Of a stretch of 32,000 bases of DNA, positions 26,757-32,000 are shown piece after piece. Numbering within the stretch: the first letter of the stretch is position 1; every line of letters begins with the position of its first letter. This DNA is from an uncultured archaeon (GTDB taxonomy: Archaea > Iainarchaeota > Iainarchaeia > Iainarchaeales > Iainarchaeaceae): NCBI GenBank assembly GCA_964577555.1, contig CAZNZM010000004.1:55300-87299 (forward strand). Reading direction: 5' to 3'. A model generated the notes under the pieces. It saw only the letters and a list, made by a program, of their open reading frames with translations, had not been told where the DNA came from and made no database searches. A program made the translations under genes and the position numbers.

Positions 26757-27100
26757 AAACGGCTCACCAAAAAAACGCCAAACAAAACAAAAGACTGCTC
26801 AAAATAAAAAAAATACAAAAAAATAGCCAAACACAAAAAAACTATAAAATCAAAAAAACGGCTCACAAAACAAACAACAAAAAAAGTAAATTCCAAATAA
26901 AAAAACAAACCACTCTACAAAAAAATGACAAAAAAAACGGCTCACTAAAAAAATTAAAAAAAACGTTCAAAAAAAAATCATGAAAAAAAATTGCCTAAAA
27001 AAAAACGGCTCGGAAAAAAACAAAATTTCAAACAAAAAAATACCGAACAAAAAAATAATTCAAAAAAAATGACAAAAAGTGGCTAAAACAAAAAAAACAA
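26757..27100. repeat. Intergenic cluster of at least five degenerate motif copies (CGGCTCACC, CGGCTCACAAAACAAACAAC, CGGCTCACTAAAA, CGGCTCGGAAAA, GTGGCTAAAACAA)
   Basis: Direct sequence reading of the long noncoding gap between rad50 and rps17e. Confidence 0.55.
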
Positions 27101-27216
27101 AATTAATTTTAAAAAAATAATTAAAAAAAAATTCTAAAAAAAACAAATCACAAAAAAAACACGCTTAAAAAAATACTTGGATCGCAAAAACAAAAAAAAT
27201 AAAAACAACAAAAAAA

Positions 27217-27405
27217 TTACTTAGACTCCGCCTTTTTTCTGGTAAGAAAACCAGCAATAAGATTTCTGACAGTCTTACTCATGTCCATTCCCAAAGAATC
27301 AATAAAACGCTTATTAGCCTCGAAATCAGTTGTTATCTTATCAGGATAAGTTGCAAGCAAAATATTTGCCTTGCTTTTAATATTCTTAGGAACAGCTTTA
27401 CCCAT
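27217..27405 (-). CDS. rps17e: Ribosomal protein S17e
   Basis: MGKAVPKNIKSKANILLATYPDKITTDFEANKRFIDSLGMDMSKTVRNLIAGFLTRKK. KiTTDFExNKr...KxxRNxIAGfxTR pattern. Confidence 0.85.
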   Translation of the reverse strand: MGKAVPKNIKSKANILLATYPDKITTDFEANKRFIDSLGMDMSKTVRNLIAGFLTRKKAESK

Positions 27406-27611
27406 CAATTCACCTCGACCTTCTCAACCCTTCCATCAGGATACTCCCTTACAACAGCCAAAGGAATAACCTTTTTCTCAAATTCAGCCTTTGCAATATC
27501 AAAAGGAGTTTCATTTTTATGAATTTTCACAAGAGGAGGAGCTCCAAGAGATATTTGAAGAGCCCTGGCACTAATCAAACGCGTAACTTCAAACCTTGTC
27601 AACCTTGCCAT
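27405..27611 (-). CDS. rpoK: DNA-directed RNA polymerase subunit K (Rpb6/omega)
   Basis: MARLTRFEVTRLISARALQISLGAPPLV...FDIAKAEFEKKVIPLAVVREYPDGRVEKVEV. Confidence 0.93.
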   Translation of the reverse strand: MARLTRFEVTRLISARALQISLGAPPLVKIHKNETPFDIAKAEFEKKVIPLAVVREYPDGRVEKVEVN

Positions 27612-27798
27612 AAAAACACCTTCTTCAAAATAAGCAAACTCGCATAATCTTGTATCTTGTATAATCACGCACACAAAACATTAAAAAAGATGATTATAAA
27701 AGCACAAAACAGCAAAAAAAACCATTTAAACTAAAAAAAACCAAAAAAAATTAAAAAAAAATAGCCATGCAAATTCAAAAAAAAACACAAATCAGCTA

Positions 27799-29283
27799 TC
27801 AAACCCAGCCACGAACCTCCAAAAGCCCCTTTTCAAGGCGATAAATCTCGGAAAGCTTTTTCAAAACAGAAAGCACAGCACCCTTTCCAACCAATATTTT
27901 TGAATCACTAGCAGAACCAGAACGACAACCAGAACAAACAACCGAACGCTCAACCTCCTTTAAAACAGATGAAGAAAAAGCGTCAACCGAAAAAGCAACA
28001 GATTCCATAAAAAAACCACTCTCACGAGAAGACAACAAAAAAGGCAAAGAACCAAGAATATCAAGACACGCATGCAAACAAGACTTGGCTAACAAAAAAC
28101 CAGAACTCAATTCCAACGCTTGCGAATAAAAAACACCATTAGAAGCAATCGTTGAAACACTAAGACAATCAATAAAATAATTAGCATTCAAAACACAACC
28201 CCTCAACTTTTCAATTTCAACCGACAAAACACTCCGAGACTTAAAACAACTCCAATTCATGGAAGAAACCCCAATTATAAAGCCAGCACCCTGCTCCTGA
28301 ACAGAAATTGCGTCAGGCAAAAGCAAATCACAAACATTGTTCCTAAAAAAAGGGCCACAAGGAAAAAAATCAAAAGAATATTCAAGCTTTCTTTCCAACC
28401 TAGAAGCCTTAAAATCATGCGACTCGTGAAAACCTAAAGCCCAAGACTTTGAAATTGAATTAAAAAAGAAACCATCTTTAAGAAACCTTACCTTCACAAG
28501 AGAAGAAGGCAAAACATTTTGAGCATCAACCGAATCTGGCTTGCAACAAAAACAATTAACCTTGTCAAGACCCAAATTCACATTAGGAAGAGAAATAATC
28601 GCCGACACCAAACGAGAAAAATTAATCTCAGCAGAACCAAAAACCTTTGAAAATCTCTTTTTAAACGAAACAAATTTGGCTTCAAAAGAAAAACCAGAAG
28701 CAAAAAAAACATTTTCAAGAAAAATCACGGCGCGAGACCTGCCGACAGAAAAACGGGAAAACAAAGGAAATTTAAGTAAATTAGAATAAACCACAAGCTC
28801 AAAAAAGTGACGAAGATTCTTATCCTTTGAATCGCCAAAAAGCAATAATAAATCAGAAGCCAATCCAACAAAGTCATTATTCATGACAAAAAGAGGAAAA
28901 CAAACAACTTCATCATCAAAAACAAACAAATCAAAATAACTCCAACCCATTGAAACAAGAAACTGACGTTCAGGTTCTATTATACCAACCTTAAAACAAA
29001 AAAAAGATTCAAGACAATTAGCGGCTGATTTCAAATCCTCAAAAGAATCAAACTTAAGACAAGCATTTGAACCGGAAAAATAAACATTCCTAGGAGAAAC
29101 ACAAGCACACCGCAAAACCTCAATAAAATCCTCTTCAGAAAGCCCATTCAACGGAAAAAACAACCTTGGAAAATACTCAAAAACACGTTCAACCTTGCCG
29201 CTTCTGGACAAAAAAACAACCTTTATCGAAGACCTACCATCATAAATAACATCATACAAAAAATAACAATTGTTTGGGAGCAT
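27799..29283 (-). CDS. Large uncharacterised protein (494 aa)
   Basis: Long continuous ORF from ATG at 29283 (MLPNNCYFLYDVIYDGRSS...) with good coding character. Carries a CSGC pair near the C-terminus. No family recognised. Confidence 0.7.
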   Translation of the reverse strand: MLPNNCYFLYDVIYDGRSSIKVVFLSRSGKVERVFEYFPRLFFPLNGLSEEDFIEVLRCACVSPRNVYFSGSNACLKFDSFEDLKSAANCLESFFCFKVGIIEPERQFLVSMGWSYFDLFVFDDEVVCFPLFVMNNDFVGLASDLLLLFGDSKDKNLRHFFELVVYSNLLKFPLFSRFSVGRSRAVIFLENVFFASGFSFEAKFVSFKKRFSKVFGSAEINFSRLVSAIISLPNVNLGLDKVNCFCCKPDSVDAQNVLPSSLVKVRFLKDGFFFNSISKSWALGFHESHDFKASRLERKLEYSFDFFPCGPFFRNNVCDLLLPDAISVQEQGAGFIIGVSSMNWSCFKSRSVLSVEIEKLRGCVLNANYFIDCLSVSTIASNGVFYSQALELSSGFLLAKSCLHACLDILGSLPFLLSSRESGFFMESVAFSVDAFSSSVLKEVERSVVCSGCRSGSASDSKILVGKGAVLSVLKKLSEIYRLEKGLLEVRGWV

Positions 29284-29345
29284 GAAAAAGCAACAAAACC
29301 CAAAATTTAAATGCTTTCCAAGGAGTTGAATGCCGGTGCAAAAAT

Positions 29346-29981
29346 TCAAATTTGTTTTTTAAGAGGCCATTTCAAATTTTTATAATGAACCTTTTTACTT
29401 TGCAAAACATTCAATAAAACAGGCACCACAGAAACACCAATTATCAACAATATTACAACAGTCAAAAACTCTGAAGAATCAGGAAATAAAACGCCAAAAA
29501 TAAAACCGGCAGAAATCATTACAGAAGCCCAAAAAAAACCGCCAACAACATTATAAACCAAAAAAACATGATAATCCATTCGCCCAATACCTGCAACAAT
29601 AGGAGCAAAAGTCCTGACAACAGGAACAAACCTAGCCAAAACAATAGCAATCTTGCCATGTTTAGCATAAAAATCCTCAGCCTCCCTAATATGCACAGGA
29701 TCCCTAAAAAAATCACCACTTTTAGTAAAAAACCTGCGCCCAAACTTGTTGCCACTCCAATAACCTACCTGATCACCAAGAACAGCGGAAATAGTAACAC
29801 CCAACAACAAAAACCAATAATCAAAAAAACCCTGCCTTGCAAGAAGCCCAGCAGTAAACAAAAGAGAATCCCCGGGCAAAAAGAAACCAAAAAAAAGCCC
29901 GCTTTCCGCAAAAACTATTAAAAAAATCCCAACATAACTAAAATTCAACAGCAAAGATTCAAGAGAACCAAACAAAACCAT
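29346..29981 (-). CDS. DedA/SNARE-associated family membrane protein
   Basis: GIFLIVFAESGLFFGFFLPGDSLLFTAGLLA...GDQVGYWSGNKFGRRFF...RFVPVVRTFAPIVAGIGRMDY, the hallmark DedA motifs. Start at 29981. Confidence 0.92.
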   Translation of the reverse strand: MVLFGSLESLLLNFSYVGIFLIVFAESGLFFGFFLPGDSLLFTAGLLARQGFFDYWFLLLGVTISAVLGDQVGYWSGNKFGRRFFTKSGDFFRDPVHIREAEDFYAKHGKIAIVLARFVPVVRTFAPIVAGIGRMDYHVFLVYNVVGGFFWASVMISAGFIFGVLFPDSSEFLTVVILLIIGVSVVPVLLNVLQSKKVHYKNLKWPLKKQI

Positions 29982-30066
29982 TAGAATAAAAAACAATGAT
30001 TTATTTAAAAAAACAATCAGAACAAAAAAAACAATTCTAACCAACTAATTTTGAAAAAAAAATATA

Positions 30067-30648
30067 TCAAAGCAACTTAAAAACATAATACATGTCTAGA
30101 GATTTAATAGGAAACTCTTCAAATTTTCCCATATTAGATTGAATTTTTTTAATTAACCGCTCTTCAACAGAATTTGATTCAGGAGTTCTTGAAACAACAC
30201 ATAAATCTTTTTGAATTCTATTAACTATTGAAAAATTAGACCCATCTTTACTTGGAACTTGAAACACCAAAAATTTTCTAAAAAAAACGTCAAAAACAAC
30301 AAAAAACTTGGTTGAATTTGATTTTACTGATAAACAAACCGTTGGAATTTCATAATTAAAGCCTCCAACTCTAATTTTCAACCTTTCAACATCAAAAATT
30401 TTTTTAAAAACACTAAACATTTTCAATTCATTAAAATAAGACAGCCTGCGATTAAGCAATCTAGTAATTCGAACAGCATCCAACTTTACAACATTATCTG
30501 GTTTTGTCAAATCATAAAACGACTTGTTTTGAACCGATAAGTTCTCAATTAACTCTTTAAAAGCAGCTTCCGCAACGGCTAATTTTGAAGACAAACCCTT
30601 TATCCTTCTTTTTCTTCGACGACTTCTTCTAAAACCGCCAAAAATCAT
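30067..30648 (-). CDS. Hypothetical protein with basic N-terminus
   Basis: ORF MIFGGFRRSRRRKRRIKGLSSKLAV... 193 aa, no recognised family. Confidence 0.55.
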   Translation of the reverse strand: MIFGGFRRSRRRKRRIKGLSSKLAVAEAAFKELIENLSVQNKSFYDLTKPDNVVKLDAVRITRLLNRRLSYFNELKMFSVFKKIFDVERLKIRVGGFNYEIPTVCLSVKSNSTKFFVVFDVFFRKFLVFQVPSKDGSNFSIVNRIQKDLCVVSRTPESNSVEERLIKKIQSNMGKFEEFPIKSLDMYYVFKLL

Positions 30649-30741
30649 CCTTCGATTAAATGATTACAAATTTTTATAATGATTTCCAATGGCAATCAAC
30701 CTTAATTAGTATTTTAAAGATGGTTTGCCAACTTGTATTTT

Positions 30742-31833
30742 ATGGAAATTTCTTTTGTAATTGAAAAAACGGTTTCCGCAATACATTCACAAGAAGCAAG
30801 AAAAAAATACGTTGCCGAAAAACTGACACACATAAAGAATAACAAACTCGGCTTTGAATGCGAAGGAATTCCTGAAAATTTTATTTCTTTCCAAGTTGAA
30901 AAATGGGTCCCCGAAGGAAGCATTGCGGGAGTCGATTCTGGATTTATATCAAAAAAACTTGCTTCAATTGACTTGGTTCTTTTGCGAGCAATAGGAGTAG
31001 TATTCAATTTCAAAAACGGGGTTGTTTCTTCAACCAACTATTACCCTGATTATTTTCACTTTCCAGAACCATACTTGGCAGGAGACTCACTTGAATTCGA
31101 CGAAGTAGAACAAAGCACCAGCCTATTGAGATTAAGAGAAGAAATCAGAACAGCAAAATCCATAATTAAAACATACAAACCCAATTACCTTTTCATTGAC
31201 GGTTCAATAGTGCCACAATACCAAGACAAGCCAAGAAAAGAATCAGCACTTTCAGGCAGATACTCGGACATAATTTCCGAATTTGAAACTTTTTATGCTT
31301 GCGCAGAAGAAAATAATTGCACAATTATTGCGACTGTTGAAGATTCGCGAGGGTCAAGATTCAGACAAATTTTACAGGAAGAACTCCTACCCAAATCAAA
31401 ATTAGCCAAGCCTGAAGAACTTAACGGCTTGTTTGATTCGGCCATTTTGGATTATCTGCTTTCTGTCGGCGAACGCAGCTGCGCATTCACCTATACAAAA
31501 AATATTGCACAACACCCGGTGCTCCAAGATTTTAATTCAAAATGGGCAAAAGCAATTTATGGCATGTACTTAAAACCAAGCCTTTATGACAGACCTTTAC
31601 GCGTAGAATTCATATGCCATGGCGGGCTAAAAGAAAAAGCTGACGAAATAGCTTCAGTTGCAATGGCTCTAAGTTCACTGCATCGCGAATACGCATACCC
31701 TTCAGTATTGATTGATGCAGACATGCATGCAAAACTGAATCCTGTTGAAATAGACATAGTGGTCAACAGAATAATGGACAAACTAGGAAATTCAGTCAAA
31801 TTAAAAATGAGAAGAGACAACAGGCCATTTTAA
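30742..31833 (+). CDS. nurA: NurA domain 5'-3' nuclease
   Basis: SIAGVDSGFISKKLASIDLVLLRAIGVVF, YLFIDGSIVPQY, IIATVEDSRGSRF, LFDSAILDYLLSVGERSCAF, FICHGGLKEKADEIASVAMALSSLHREYAYPSVLIDADMHAKL. NurA-type conserved acidic motifs. Start ATG 30742 or TTG 30733. Confidence 0.82.
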   Translation: MEISFVIEKTVSAIHSQEARKKYVAEKLTHIKNNKLGFECEGIPENFISFQVEKWVPEGSIAGVDSGFISKKLASIDLVLLRAIGVVFNFKNGVVSSTNYYPDYFHFPEPYLAGDSLEFDEVEQSTSLLRLREEIRTAKSIIKTYKPNYLFIDGSIVPQYQDKPRKESALSGRYSDIISEFETFYACAEENNCTIIATVEDSRGSRFRQILQEELLPKSKLAKPEELNGLFDSAILDYLLSVGERSCAFTYTKNIAQHPVLQDFNSKWAKAIYGMYLKPSLYDRPLRVEFICHGGLKEKADEIASVAMALSSLHREYAYPSVLIDADMHAKLNPVEIDIVVNRIMDKLGNSVKLKMRRDNRPF

Positions 31834-31850
31834 TTACATGGTGAAAAAAA

Positions 31851-31964
31851 ATGATTTGCCCAAAATGCGGTTCAAAAAAATTAAAAAAAACATTTGAAAA
31901 AGGAGTGCAATATAAATGCGAAGATTGCGGTTATGAAGGAAACGTTTTTGAAGATTTATTTTAA
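31851..31964 (+). CDS. Tiny zinc-ribbon protein (37 aa)
   Basis: My translation: MICPKCGSKKLKKTFEKGVQYKCEDCGYEGNVFEDLF*. CPKC...CEDC treble-clef/ribbon motif. Missed by the ORF track. Confidence 0.7.
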   Translation: MICPKCGSKKLKKTFEKGVQYKCEDCGYEGNVFEDLF

Positions 31965-32000
31965 AAAAACGATTGTAAAGGTGTTAAAACAATGAACGAT

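Noticed and set aside
26750-26983. 77-aa Lys/Asn-rich + strand ORF
   Set aside because: Pure low-complexity translation of repeat-rich intergenic DNA, with no conserved features.
817-27100. Possible CRISPR array in the A-rich intergenic repeats
   Set aside because: Copies are degenerate, irregularly spaced and scattered across many loci, with no uniform spacers and no cas genes. Not a CRISPR array.
30742-31833. Possible defence island anchored by NurA/Rad50
   Set aside because: Both are ordinary archaeal repair proteins. No HerA-SIR2-like, restriction, toxin-antitoxin or mobile genes were found around them.

Overview
This 32 kb window is an AT-rich, gene-dense archaeal segment. The small proteins, class III signal peptides and fragmented operons suggest a DPANN-type archaeon. 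That lineage call is inference. Supported content: (i) two clusters of archaeal pilin-like genes (2-3286 and 6264-8052), one containing an A24 prepilin peptidase, plus a GspE/FlaI-type ATPase elsewhere; (ii) ribosome rescue and recycling (divergent ABCE1/RLI and Pelota) and translation genes (Zn-ribbon plus aEF1-beta, S17e next to RpoK); (iii) tRNA maturation and modification genes (Elp3, TYW3, ThpR/LigT, CCA transferase) and one tRNA-Arg(UCG); (iv) repair genes Rad50 and NurA, which are not adjacent and have no Mre11 or HerA in the window; (v) metabolic and membrane proteins (AsnB, GpmA, TctA-like permease, JAMM protein, LemA, HtpX, DedA, DUF4139-like); (vi) several unidentified proteins. The main whole-window signals are a very strong A>T (and often C>G) bias on the + strand whichever strand encodes the gene, broken at 1231-2352 and after about 30050, and a recurring intergenic motif around (T/C)GGCTC(A/G)CAAAA..ACAAAC. 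A lone CARF-like (Rossmann) small protein sits next to a membrane-anchored nuclease-like ORF. I found no CRISPR array, transposase, or clear defence or phage locus.
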